A DNA stretch of 64,000 nt, taken from Desulfosudaceae bacterium. Lineage in GTDB: Bacteria > Desulfobacterota > Desulfobacteria > Desulfobacterales > Desulfosudaceae. Within the stretch, counting starts at the first letter, position 1, and the number at the start of each line of letters is the position of its first letter. Made by a program: the position numbers and the translations under genes. Location of the stretch: positions 800,001 to 864,000 of the forward strand of contig CAXXDV010000001.1 in the NCBI GenBank assembly GCA_963674745.2. Reading direction: 5' to 3'. Below are positions 8,791 to 18,112 of this stretch, in pieces. The notes beneath the pieces are model-generated. The model saw nothing but the letters and a program-made list of their open reading frames with translations. It did not search any database and was not told the DNA's origin.

Positions 8791-10737
8791 ATGACACAGA
8801 TTGATATCGCGCAGATCATTGGCGGCATTACCACGCTGGCCGACGCGCAGCAGATTTTCGAAAAGAACATGGACGCGGCCGGCCTGGCCAAAATAGCAAA
8901 GATAAAGACTGAAGCCGCGCTGATTAAAATCGCCAATGCCATTGTCATGGGCGAGCCGGACGCGGTGTTTGTTAACGACGGTTCGGCTGAAGACAAGCAG
9001 TGGGTCCGGAACCACGCCCTGGAAAAAGGCGAAGAAGCCTCCCTGCCCATGAAAGACCATACCATTCATTATGATTTAAAGGACGAACAGGGCCGTATTA
9101 TCGACCGCACCTTTTATATCATCAACAAGGGAGACCATATCAGTTCCCTGGCCCAGAAAAAAGTCCGGGAAGAAGCCCTGGAAGAAATCCGTACCCACAT
9201 GACCGGTATCATGCGAGGCAAAACACTGATCGTGGGTTTTTATTCCCGGGGGCCGGCCGGTGCGCCGGTGTCCAACCCGGCCATCGAGGTCACGACATCC
9301 GCTTACGTATCCCACAGCGCTGAAATCCTTTACCGCAATATTTTTGATCAATTTGACGCCGAGGTCCAGGACAAGGGCCATTTTTTCGCCAACATTCACA
9401 GCGAGGGCAAAAACCGGTTGGAAGACCTGCCCAACGCCCGGGTATTCATGGACAGAAACGACCGGACCACTTACAGCTTCAACTGCACCTATGCCGGCAA
9501 CACCCTGCTGCTGAAAAAGGGCAACCACCGTTTTGCCGTGGACAAGGCGGTTTACGAAGGCCGGGGAAAAGAAGCGGCCGAGCACATGTTCATTACCGGC
9601 ATCAAGGGCCCCGGCGACCGGGTGACCTGGTGCGCCGGTGCCGCGCCCAGCGGCTGCGGCAAAACCACCACGGCCATGGCCGGCAACTATTTCGTGGGCG
9701 ACGACCTGGCCCAGATGTGGATTGAAAAAGACGGCTCGGTTCGTTCCGTCAACCCGGAATGCGGTATCTTCGGTATTGTCGAAGACGTCAACATGGAAGG
9801 TGACCCCATGCTGATGGAAAAATTGCGCAACGAAGGCGCGGAAGTCATCTGGACCAACGTGCTGATCGACGAAAACGGTATTCCCCACTGGGTCGGCCAC
9901 GGAGAAGCCATGCCGGATAAAGGCAAAAACTTTCAGGGAGAATGGAAAGCCGGCATGACCGATGCCAACGGCAAGCCCGTTCCACCCTCTCACCCCAATG
10001 CCCGCTGCACCATCTCTTCAACGGCCCTGGCCAATTATTCACCCGAGGCGGAAAACCCGGCCGGTGTGGATACCCGGGTAATCACTTACAGCGGTCGCGA
10101 TTCAGACACGATGCCGCCTGTGTGGGTGGCCAAAAACGCCGACTTTGGCGTGGCCATCGGGGCCTGCATTGTTTCCGCGGCCACGGCCACGGAAGTCGGT
10201 GCTTCCGGTGTCAAACGGGCGCCCTGGGCCAATGCCCCGTTTATACCGGGCGCACTGGGTGATTACATGGCCGCCCAGTTCGACTTCTTCGGCAGCAAAG
10301 ACATTGCCGACGACAAACGGCCCATCCTGGCCGGGTTGAACTACTTTCTGACCGACGCCGCCCGGGGCGGCAGTTCTACCAAACTGCTGGGTGAAAAAAA
10401 GGACGTCAAGGTGTGGCTGTCCTGGCTGGAACGCATGGCCCACGGCGATGTCGAGTCCATTGAGACACCCATCGGCCGCCTGCCCAAATACGATGATTTA
10501 AAAGAGTTGTTCTCATCGTTGATCAACAAAGAATACGCTTACGAACTCTACGAAAAACAGTTTTCCCTGTATATCGACAACATCATCGCCCGGCTGGACC
10601 TGCAGGACGCGGCCTATCGCAAGGACGAAAACATTCCCGAAAAGTTTTTCGGCATCCTGGCCGAGCAGAAAAAAGGACTGGAAGAGCTCAAAGCCGAATT
10701 CGGCGCCATTGTGACGCCAAAGCAGCTTGAAGGCTGA
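8791..10737 (+). CDS. pckG: Phosphoenolpyruvate carboxykinase (GTP)
   Basis: AEHM, P-loop PSGCGKT, GDDLA, NPECGIFG, HPNAR; AGGAGG RBS. Confidence 0.93.
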   Translation: MTQIDIAQIIGGITTLADAQQIFEKNMDAAGLAKIAKIKTEAALIKIANAIVMGEPDAVFVNDGSAEDKQWVRNHALEKGEEASLPMKDHTIHYDLKDEQGRIIDRTFYIINKGDHISSLAQKKVREEALEEIRTHMTGIMRGKTLIVGFYSRGPAGAPVSNPAIEVTTSAYVSHSAEILYRNIFDQFDAEVQDKGHFFANIHSEGKNRLEDLPNARVFMDRNDRTTYSFNCTYAGNTLLLKKGNHRFAVDKAVYEGRGKEAAEHMFITGIKGPGDRVTWCAGAAPSGCGKTTTAMAGNYFVGDDLAQMWIEKDGSVRSVNPECGIFGIVEDVNMEGDPMLMEKLRNEGAEVIWTNVLIDENGIPHWVGHGEAMPDKGKNFQGEWKAGMTDANGKPVPPSHPNARCTISSTALANYSPEAENPAGVDTRVITYSGRDSDTMPPVWVAKNADFGVAIGACIVSAATATEVGASGVKRAPWANAPFIPGALGDYMAAQFDFFGSKDIADDKRPILAGLNYFLTDAARGGSSTKLLGEKKDVKVWLSWLERMAHGDVESIETPIGRLPKYDDLKELFSSLINKEYAYELYEKQFSLYIDNIIARLDLQDAAYRKDENIPEKFFGILAEQKKGLEELKAEFGAIVTPKQLEG

Positions 10738-10754
10738 TCAGCCTTGACATAAAA

Positions 10755-10800
10755 ATAAAAAGGCCATCCGTGGAAGCCACCGGATGGCCTTTTTTTATTT
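10755..10800 (+). terminator. Rho-independent terminator after pckG
   Basis: AGGCCATCCG ... CGGATGGCCT stem followed by a T-run; A-run upstream. Confidence 0.9.
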
Positions 10801-10954
10801 ATACTGTTCTTTGATGCATTATCTCTTCTTTTCTTTGACGCAAAGAAAAGAAGCAAAAGAAACATTGCCCGGCATCGCCCCGGAGATTTCCCGAGTTGAT
10901 TTGAACCTTGGCCCCGGACGCATGCCGATTCCTGCAAAACGCAGGAGCGAATCT

Positions 10955-11013
10955 GTAGGGGCGGCCCCCTGTGGCCGCCCAGTGAAAGGGCACCCACAGG
11001 GGGGGGCCCCTAC
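10955..11013. repeat. REP-like inverted doublet, type A
   Basis: gtaggggcggccccctgtggccgccc ... agggcacccacagggggggg-cccctac. Confidence 0.88.
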
Positions 11014-11272
11014 AACATTTGCGAACAGACTGAAACAAAGAACCACCGGCTATATGACGATTCCCTTTCAGGGAAAAAGAACCAAACTACCGGGCAATAT
11101 TTTTGGTTCTTTATCCGTTACCCCCGAACCTATTCTTAATGCTAGTCAATAAATAACAAAATAATTCCCACGGATAATTATAAATATCTTGATTTATGTA
11201 TTATAAAGATGATATATAAATAAAAAAGCTAGTCATAATTTTAATTATGGTGCTTGTCAGGGGGCTATTTAT

Positions 11273-12589
11273 ATGCCGATATCTATCAAGGAATATTTAG
11301 CACAGGGGCCTGCGACCTCAAAAGAGATTCAAGCCGCGACAGGCTTGAGCCAAAGTTCGGTTGCACGCCAACTTAGAAACATGGGCGAAAGTATTATCAA
11401 ACTGCAAAAAGGAAGAATCCCCAGATATGCTGCGACATGCAATGCCTTTGGCGGTAATGACAAATTGCCATTAAGCATGGTCGATGCCCACGGAAATACT
11501 GTTTTAGCGGCATTTATACGCCCATTGATGCATGGCGGTTTCTTTGTGGAGCCAGCCACTGGCATGCCCCCATTGCTATTAGGAGAGAATAACGACGGCC
11601 TTTTTGATGATTTGCCTTACTTTCTCCTGGACTTGAGGCCACAGGGATTTCTGGGGCGGCAGATTGCAGAAGAGATGGCATCTCAATCAGGTGATTTTCC
11701 CAGCGATCCAAGGCATTGGAACACAAATCATATTGGGCGTTATTTGGTGTCCAACGGGGACGATCTTCCCGGCAACTTCAAATTCGGAGAACAGGCATTA
11801 TTGCGCATCAGACGAAAGCCCGCAATTGCATTAGACGACCAATATCCAGCACTGGCCGACGAAGTCATGAGTGGTATTATCCCAGGGTCATCGGCCGGTG
11901 GAGAACAGCCAAAATTTACTGCTTTTAGCGGCCACCATTCGGCACATGTAATCGTTAAATTCTCTCCCGAGGGAGATAACGAAATTGCCAGACGGTGGAG
12001 AGATATCCTTATCACTGAATATCACGCTACGGAAGCGATCCACTCCCTGAATTATCCGGCAGCGGAAACCAGGCTTTTGGAAATGGGCGGAAGGCTTTTT
12101 TTGGAATCTGAACGATTTGACAGATCCGGGGAATATGGTCGAATGCCAATGATTTCACTTCAAGCCATTGACGCTGAGTTTACAGGAGTAGGAAGTGGCT
12201 GGCCGGAAGTTATGGATGCATTGCTGAAAAAAGAACTGGTAAGCTGGCAGCATGTTTTTGATGCGGAGTTTTTATGGTGTTTTGGATGTCTGATCAATAA
12301 TACGGACATGCATTTAGGCAATTTAAGCTTTGCAATAGAGGGAAATGTTTTCAGGCTATTACCATTATACGATATGTGTTCCATGGGATTTGCGCCAAAA
12401 AGCGGTGGAGAGGTGCGTCCGTACAGCTTTGTTCCACGTGAGCCAAAAAGAGTAAACCTTAATGACAAGATTATTGATGCTGTGAAAATAATGGCACATG
12501 ATTTTTGGGAAAGAGTTGCAAGTGATGAAAGAATATCGGATGAACTCAAAGACTTTTTAAGACACGGAAACCCTGTTGACTTAATGTGA
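11273..12589 (+). CDS. yjjJ: HipA-family kinase toxin, YjjJ-like, with N-terminal HTH
   Basis: HTH (GLSQSSVARQL); LLDLRPQGFLGR, GSSAGGEQPKF, NTDMHLGN, LPLYDM. Confidence 0.88.
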   Translation: MPISIKEYLAQGPATSKEIQAATGLSQSSVARQLRNMGESIIKLQKGRIPRYAATCNAFGGNDKLPLSMVDAHGNTVLAAFIRPLMHGGFFVEPATGMPPLLLGENNDGLFDDLPYFLLDLRPQGFLGRQIAEEMASQSGDFPSDPRHWNTNHIGRYLVSNGDDLPGNFKFGEQALLRIRRKPAIALDDQYPALADEVMSGIIPGSSAGGEQPKFTAFSGHHSAHVIVKFSPEGDNEIARRWRDILITEYHATEAIHSLNYPAAETRLLEMGGRLFLESERFDRSGEYGRMPMISLQAIDAEFTGVGSGWPEVMDALLKKELVSWQHVFDAEFLWCFGCLINNTDMHLGNLSFAIEGNVFRLLPLYDMCSMGFAPKSGGEVRPYSFVPREPKRVNLNDKIIDAVKIMAHDFWERVASDERISDELKDFLRHGNPVDLM

Positions 12590-12889
12590 CCAGTTATAAG
12601 TAGGGGCTGCGCCCGCCCGCTGCAGCGAAGCCGAACGCGGGCGTTTTTTTCGAAAAAACCGGGCAGGGATAAAAAAAATGTGGCGGTATTATCCCGAAGG
12701 GATAGGGTCGTATAACCGTTTCCCTTCCAGGGAAAAAGAACCAGGCTGCCGGGCAATGTTTCTTTTGGTTCTTTTCTTTGCGCCAAAGAGAAGAACGTTA
12801 TACCCTCAAAAAAAGAACGTATAAAAAAAGAATAATTCCTTTATAAAAACTGAACATTAAGAACGGACGGAAAGAAAACGACAATAAAC

Positions 12890-14209
12890 ATGAACAATAC
12901 CCCGCCACCACACACGCACACAATAAAATCATGGTTCCTCGAAACCGGTAAAATCATGTTCACCTGGCGCATGGCCGCCATGTTCTTTCTCGGTTTTTCA
13001 TCGGGATTTCCTTTTTATGTGGTCAAAGACGTGCTCAAGGCATGGATGACCGATGCCAATGTGGACCTGACCACCATCGGCCTGTTTTCTTCAGTGAGTA
13101 TTCCCTACACCCTGAAGTTCGTCTGGTCACCGCTCATGGACCGGTTTGTCCCCCCGTTTTTCGGCCGGCGTCGGGGCTGGATCCTGATCGCCCAGATCGG
13201 GTTGATCCTCACCATTGCCGGGTTGGGGCAGTTTGATCCGCAAAAGTCCCTGTGGTGGATCGCGGTGGCAGCCCTGGGGGTTTCCTTTTTTGGCGCCAGC
13301 CAGGATATTGCCCTGGACGCATTCCGAAGGGAATATTTAACTGATAAAGAGTTGGGATTCGGCACCGGGGTGTGGATGAACGCCTGGCGTCTGGGCATGT
13401 ATGTATCCGTCGGCCTGGCTTTTCTTACGGCCGATGCCCATGTGAACTGGTCCACCATTCACCTGATGTTAGCGGCCATGATGGGCATCGGTATTATCAC
13501 CACCCTGCTGGTTCCGGAGCCGGAGATGCCGCCGGGCGCACCCAAGTCCATTCAGGCAGCCATTATTGAACCGTTCAGCGAATTCTTCCGACGGGACGGA
13601 GCGCTGGTAATTCTGCTGTTCGTCCTGCTTTACAAACTTGGCGACAACATGGCCGGTGCCATGAATATTCCCTTTATCCTCAAAATGGGCTTTTCCAAAA
13701 CCGAGTATTTTGTTATTGTTAAAGGCATCGGCATGCTGGGCCTGTTCGGCGGTGTGCTGGTGGGCGGTGCCATTATGATCCGGCTGGGGATTGCCCGCTC
13801 GTTATGGGTATTCGGCGTGCTTCAGGCGGTTTCCACGGCCTGTTTTGCCTTTCTGGTGATTATCGACCATGAATCTTCATTTTGGGAAGCGTATCGCAAC
13901 GCTATGCTGGCCGCCATTGTCTGCTTTGAATTTTTTGCCACCGGCCTGGGCCAGGCCGCCTATGCCACTTATATGGCCGTTAAAACCAACCGGCAGTTCA
14001 CCGCCACTCAGTACGCCCTGCTGACCAGTCTCATGGCCGTACCCGGTGCCCTGGCCGCGATGGTAACCGGATATATGGCAAAATACATGGGCTGGAGCGG
14101 CTTTTACGTATCCTGCGCCCTGCTGGCCATTCCCGGCATGTTGTTGTTGCTGCGTCTGGCACCCTGGAACGCCACCAATCAGGAGCTGGATGAAGGAGGA
14201 GATAAATGA
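12890..14209 (+). CDS. ampG: AmpG-family muropeptide MFS transporter
   Basis: LGFSSGFP, LKFVWSPLMD, GRRRGW, ASQDIALDA, TATQYALL. Confidence 0.9.
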   Translation: MNNTPPPHTHTIKSWFLETGKIMFTWRMAAMFFLGFSSGFPFYVVKDVLKAWMTDANVDLTTIGLFSSVSIPYTLKFVWSPLMDRFVPPFFGRRRGWILIAQIGLILTIAGLGQFDPQKSLWWIAVAALGVSFFGASQDIALDAFRREYLTDKELGFGTGVWMNAWRLGMYVSVGLAFLTADAHVNWSTIHLMLAAMMGIGIITTLLVPEPEMPPGAPKSIQAAIIEPFSEFFRRDGALVILLFVLLYKLGDNMAGAMNIPFILKMGFSKTEYFVIVKGIGMLGLFGGVLVGGAIMIRLGIARSLWVFGVLQAVSTACFAFLVIIDHESSFWEAYRNAMLAAIVCFEFFATGLGQAAYATYMAVKTNRQFTATQYALLTSLMAVPGALAAMVTGYMAKYMGWSGFYVSCALLAIPGMLLLLRLAPWNATNQELDEGGDK

Positions 14210-15906
14210 CTGATATCCAAAAAAAGATTGCGTCTTTAGCCGAAGAACGGCGGCGCATCCTGTCCATGTCGCCCAAAAAAACCATGGACGCCATTATTGA
14301 ATCACCGGACGGCCTGGCCATTGTCCATTCCATGGCAGACCAGGACTTTCATTTGCTGGTCAATGAGATAGGCCCGGAAGACGCGCTGGAACTGCTGTCT
14401 CTGGCCTCAAACCGTCAATGGGAACATATCCTGGATATTGAAGGTTGGGACAGGGAAGCCATCGTCGGCAAACCGGTCCTCAAATGGTTCGCGCTGCTCA
14501 TGCAGGCTGATGAAGAACGGTTTTTTTCCTGGATAACAACCGAAAAAATCAATTTTCTGGAACTGTTCCTGAATTACCATATACAAAGCGGCATCCGCGT
14601 CCATGATCAGGAGCCTTCCGAGATCGGCGATGATTTCTTCACTTTTGACGACGTCCATTATGTTCGCTTTGTTAAAAAAGATATTCCCGGATCGGTAACG
14701 GAAGATAATGATGTGGCTTTTCGCGACGATATGCTTTTCAAATTACTGCGTCGACTGGCGAAACGAGAGCCCAGGACGTTTCAGAGCCTTTTATTTTATA
14801 GCGACAGTGTTCTGCCGGCCGAGGCAGAAGAAGAAGCCTATCGCCTTAGAAATGTACGGCTGGCGGAAAAAGGGCTGTTACCGTTTGAGGAAGCCATCGG
14901 CATTTATCAACCGGCTCAAAAAAACCGACCGCTGCCGGAAAAACCAACCGCCACCACGATTGTTGACACCAGCGTACCCGTTCCCCTGGCACCCACCGGC
15001 CTGCTTGCCAGAGAAACGGTATTTTCCCGGGCACTGACCCTCATCGATTCAGTCGAGACGCTGGTAGAACTTCAGGCGGAATTTGCCGCCCTGTGCAACC
15101 GCCTGGCGGTAGCCGACCGCCTGGTAATCAAGGAGAAGCAGGACCTGACCAACATTGTCAAAAAAGCTTGCGGTTATCTTCATATCGGATTTTCAGAATT
15201 AACCGGGCAGCGATTACCGGACCCGGCCAAAACAGCGTCGCTTATGAAGACGCATTATCTGGCGGACATTTTCAGAACCGGCTACAGCCGTGTGGTAACC
15301 CTTAAAACACGGGCGGATAAATGGTATCGGGACAGCTGGTGCCGCAAAAAAGATCTGCCGGTCAGCTTCTGGGGGGAATCCCGCCAGGGGATCCTGGCCG
15401 GTTTGCTGGTCAAACGGCCGCTTTTTTTTGATATCGGTCAGGGCGGGCTGATTCGTGAGTTTGAGACCCTTGATGACATTGAGATTGCCGAAACCACACT
15501 GGACCGGATTATGGCCCTGGACACGCTGTTGTCGGTGACCGATATTGATCCCGGGCCGGTTTCCCAGGAGGTATTGACGTTCAATAACATGGTGCTGACC
15601 CTGTGGGCTCGCCACCAGCTGGGGTTACCGGAAATTGTCGATTTTATTTCCATAAAAACGTTCCGGCCATTTTTTGAAGAACTCATGGGTGACATCACCG
15701 GTCAACCGGACGCGGCCATCGGCGATGACATGAAGGCATCCTTCCTGCGCTGGCTGGCCGGCCGGACCGGTCATGATCCGGTAAATATTGTTCAATCAGC
15801 CGGGGGCATATTTGAAGGTCTCTTTACCGATATCGTGGAGGAATACGGCCCTGTTTCATCGGCGGATCTCGACCCCAGGCATATTCATTTGTTTCTGGTG
15901 AGCTAA
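14206..15906 (+). CDS. Conserved hypothetical protein (DUF6178-like)
   Basis: 566-aa ORF coupled to ampG (ATGA) and birA (TAATG); IGPEDALELL and EEEAYRLRNVRLAEKG motifs. Confidence 0.65.
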   Translation: MTDIQKKIASLAEERRRILSMSPKKTMDAIIESPDGLAIVHSMADQDFHLLVNEIGPEDALELLSLASNRQWEHILDIEGWDREAIVGKPVLKWFALLMQADEERFFSWITTEKINFLELFLNYHIQSGIRVHDQEPSEIGDDFFTFDDVHYVRFVKKDIPGSVTEDNDVAFRDDMLFKLLRRLAKREPRTFQSLLFYSDSVLPAEAEEEAYRLRNVRLAEKGLLPFEEAIGIYQPAQKNRPLPEKPTATTIVDTSVPVPLAPTGLLARETVFSRALTLIDSVETLVELQAEFAALCNRLAVADRLVIKEKQDLTNIVKKACGYLHIGFSELTGQRLPDPAKTASLMKTHYLADIFRTGYSRVVTLKTRADKWYRDSWCRKKDLPVSFWGESRQGILAGLLVKRPLFFDIGQGGLIREFETLDDIEIAETTLDRIMALDTLLSVTDIDPGPVSQEVLTFNNMVLTLWARHQLGLPEIVDFISIKTFRPFFEELMGDITGQPDAAIGDDMKASFLRWLAGRTGHDPVNIVQSAGGIFEGLFTDIVEEYGPVSSADLDPRHIHLFLVS

Positions 15907-16850
15907 TGCCTGATCTGCTTGACATCAAAACCGGCCTCATTCAAACCTTGCGTTCGGCGCCTGAGAAGACCGGGTGGTCGACAACCGAACTTGCCGCCGT
16001 CCTTTCCTGCGACAAAAACAAGTTGCTTTGTGCCATCATCGAACTCAAAAAGCATGGTTACCGGATCGAAGCATCAAACGAACTGTGGCGTCTTGAGCTC
16101 GCACCTGACATCCCCTACCCTTTTGAATTTCCGGGGCGTCAGGACCGGATACACTATTTTCCGCAAATCACCTCCACCATGGATGAAGCCCGGAAGGCTG
16201 CCGGCAGCGGCTGCCCGAACCTGACCGTCATCATTGCCGGTGCCCAGACCAAAGGCCGGGGACGAATGGACAGGGTCTGGGCTTCTGACGAGGGGGGGCT
16301 TTATTTTACCCTTATTATCAAACCCCGGGCGCACCCGGCAGAAGCGATCAAATTCAACTTTCTGGCCTCCCTGACCCTGGTGGAAGTATTGCGCGATGAA
16401 TGCCGGGTTGACGCCAGGGTCAAATGGCCAAACGACATCATGGTGGATAACAGCAAGCTGTCGGGCATGCTGTCGGAAATGGACGCCACCGGCGACACCA
16501 TCCACTTTGTCAACATCGGCATCGGTGTTAATGTCAACAACGATCCCGCCCTTATCGAACCCCGGGCCGCGTCACTGCGGTCACTGACAGGCCGCACCTT
16601 TTCCCGGCCCGCAATTCTGGCCCAATTTTTAGATCATTTTGAATCCGGCCTCAAAGAGGCCGCGTTCCCCCTTATCCTCACCCGCTGGAAGCAATTTGCC
16701 GGCTGCCTGAACCGAGAGGTAACCATCGTCACCCTCAAGGAAACGCTCAACGGTTTTGCCGAAGACGTGGACGATCGGGGGTCCCTGGTGCTGCGGCTGG
16801 CCGACGGCACACGCCGGACCGTCTGTTACGGCGACTGTTTTTACGGTTAA
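15906..16850 (+). CDS. birA: Biotin-[acetyl-CoA carboxylase] ligase with N-terminal HTH-like region
   Basis: QTKGRGR, KWPND, KLSGML and GIGVN motifs. Confidence 0.93.
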   Translation: MPDLLDIKTGLIQTLRSAPEKTGWSTTELAAVLSCDKNKLLCAIIELKKHGYRIEASNELWRLELAPDIPYPFEFPGRQDRIHYFPQITSTMDEARKAAGSGCPNLTVIIAGAQTKGRGRMDRVWASDEGGLYFTLIIKPRAHPAEAIKFNFLASLTLVEVLRDECRVDARVKWPNDIMVDNSKLSGMLSEMDATGDTIHFVNIGIGVNVNNDPALIEPRAASLRSLTGRTFSRPAILAQFLDHFESGLKEAAFPLILTRWKQFAGCLNREVTIVTLKETLNGFAEDVDDRGSLVLRLADGTRRTVCYGDCFYG

Positions 16851-16983
16851 TACCTTACTGATATTTATTCCCGCCCAAACAGCTCTAACCCGATATTTCA
16901 TGATTTCAGGTCCCCTGTTGCCGGTTATTACAGTTAAAAAACCGGTTTTCTGAGTGCCATTTGGTCCTGAACCTGTCGGCCAA

Positions 16984-17061
16984 AAATTTATACAGTCGTT
17001 GAAAATTTCTCTTGACAACATGGCCGCCAGCCGATAAATAAAATTCATCCAGTCGTTGAAA
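16984..17061 (+). promoter_or_regulatory. Two copies of a 21-bp operator-like motif flanking a TTGACA box
   Basis: AAATTtATaCAGTCGTTGAAA (16984) and AAATTcATcCAGTCGTTGAAA (17041); TTGACA at 17012. Confidence 0.65.
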
Positions 17062-17240
17062 TATGATGGGGTCTCAGAAAAAATAATAATTACTGGTTGT
17101 CATTTCTGATAAAGAAACACCTGGCCGGCTGAATGGATCTTCCAGGCTGCGGGAAAAAAAGCCATCATCCTTGGAAAAGGGCCCATAATGGTTTATTCTT
17201 CTAAAAACCAACCTTAACGGACAATATGTGGAGGTACCTG

Positions 17241-18092
17241 ATGATGACGTCACGCTTGTTTTATTTCTGCAAAAAAGTTCTTTTTTCCCGATGGTGGTCA
17301 GTGCTGATGGCGTTAATGGTGATAACCGTTCTCTGGACAAATAAACCTTGCCTGGCTGATGATCCCAAAGCCCGGGCCATTATGGAAAAAGTCGACGCGG
17401 TAGACGACGGCGATAACATGACCGCGGACATGAAAATGATCCTGATTGATAAAAATCAAAATACCCGCGAACGCACCATGCGGACTTTTGCCAAGGACAT
17501 GGGCGAAGACACCTACCAAATCATCTTTTTTACCGAACCGGCGGCGGTCAAGGATACCGGCTTTTTAACTTATGATTACGACGACCCGAATAAAGACGAC
17601 GACCAGTGGCTGTACCTGCCGGCCTTGAAAAAAACCAAACGCATCGCGGCCAGCGATAAAACCGATTCTTTTATGGGGTCGGATTTTTCATACGCGGATA
17701 TGACCAAGGCCGAGCTTGAAAATTATAACTACACCCTTTTAAAAGAAGACGAGGTATACGGCAAAAAGGTCTGGCTGATTGAATCCGTGCCTGTCAGCCA
17801 GAAAGTCATCGATACGTTCGGTTATTCCAAATCGCTTGTATTTGTCAGGCAGGATAATTATGTCATTGTGCGGGCTGTTCTCTGGATGGCCGACAGCAAT
17901 GAAATCAAATTCATGGACGTAAAAAAACTGGAACGGGTTGACGGAATCTGGGTGTCTTTGGAAACGCACATGACAACCAAGAAAGGGAAAAAAACCCATC
18001 ACCAGACCATTATGATTCAAGAAAACGTGGCTTTTAACCAGCAACTGGACGAAGGGCTTTTTACGGAGCGCAGTCTGGAAAAAGGACTTTAA
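17241..18092 (+). CDS. Outer-membrane lipoprotein-sorting (LolA-like) periplasmic protein
   Basis: Signal peptide; DDQWLYLPALKKTKRI and SFMGSDFSYADM; GGAGG RBS. Confidence 0.85.
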   Translation: MMTSRLFYFCKKVLFSRWWSVLMALMVITVLWTNKPCLADDPKARAIMEKVDAVDDGDNMTADMKMILIDKNQNTRERTMRTFAKDMGEDTYQIIFFTEPAAVKDTGFLTYDYDDPNKDDDQWLYLPALKKTKRIAASDKTDSFMGSDFSYADMTKAELENYNYTLLKEDEVYGKKVWLIESVPVSQKVIDTFGYSKSLVFVRQDNYVIVRAVLWMADSNEIKFMDVKKLERVDGIWVSLETHMTTKKGKKTHHQTIMIQENVAFNQQLDEGLFTERSLEKGL

Positions 18093-18112
18093 CCGGTCGT
18101 GGGAGGGGGGTA

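Larger units (their letters stand above)
10825..12796. mobile_element. Candidate non-autonomous element bounded by 50-bp inverted repeats, carrying the YjjJ-like toxin gene
   Basis: 10825-10874 is the reverse complement of 12747-12796 with 4 mismatches; internal direct repeat 11061-11112 vs 12720-12774; AT-richer cargo; no transposase or TSD seen. Confidence 0.5.
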
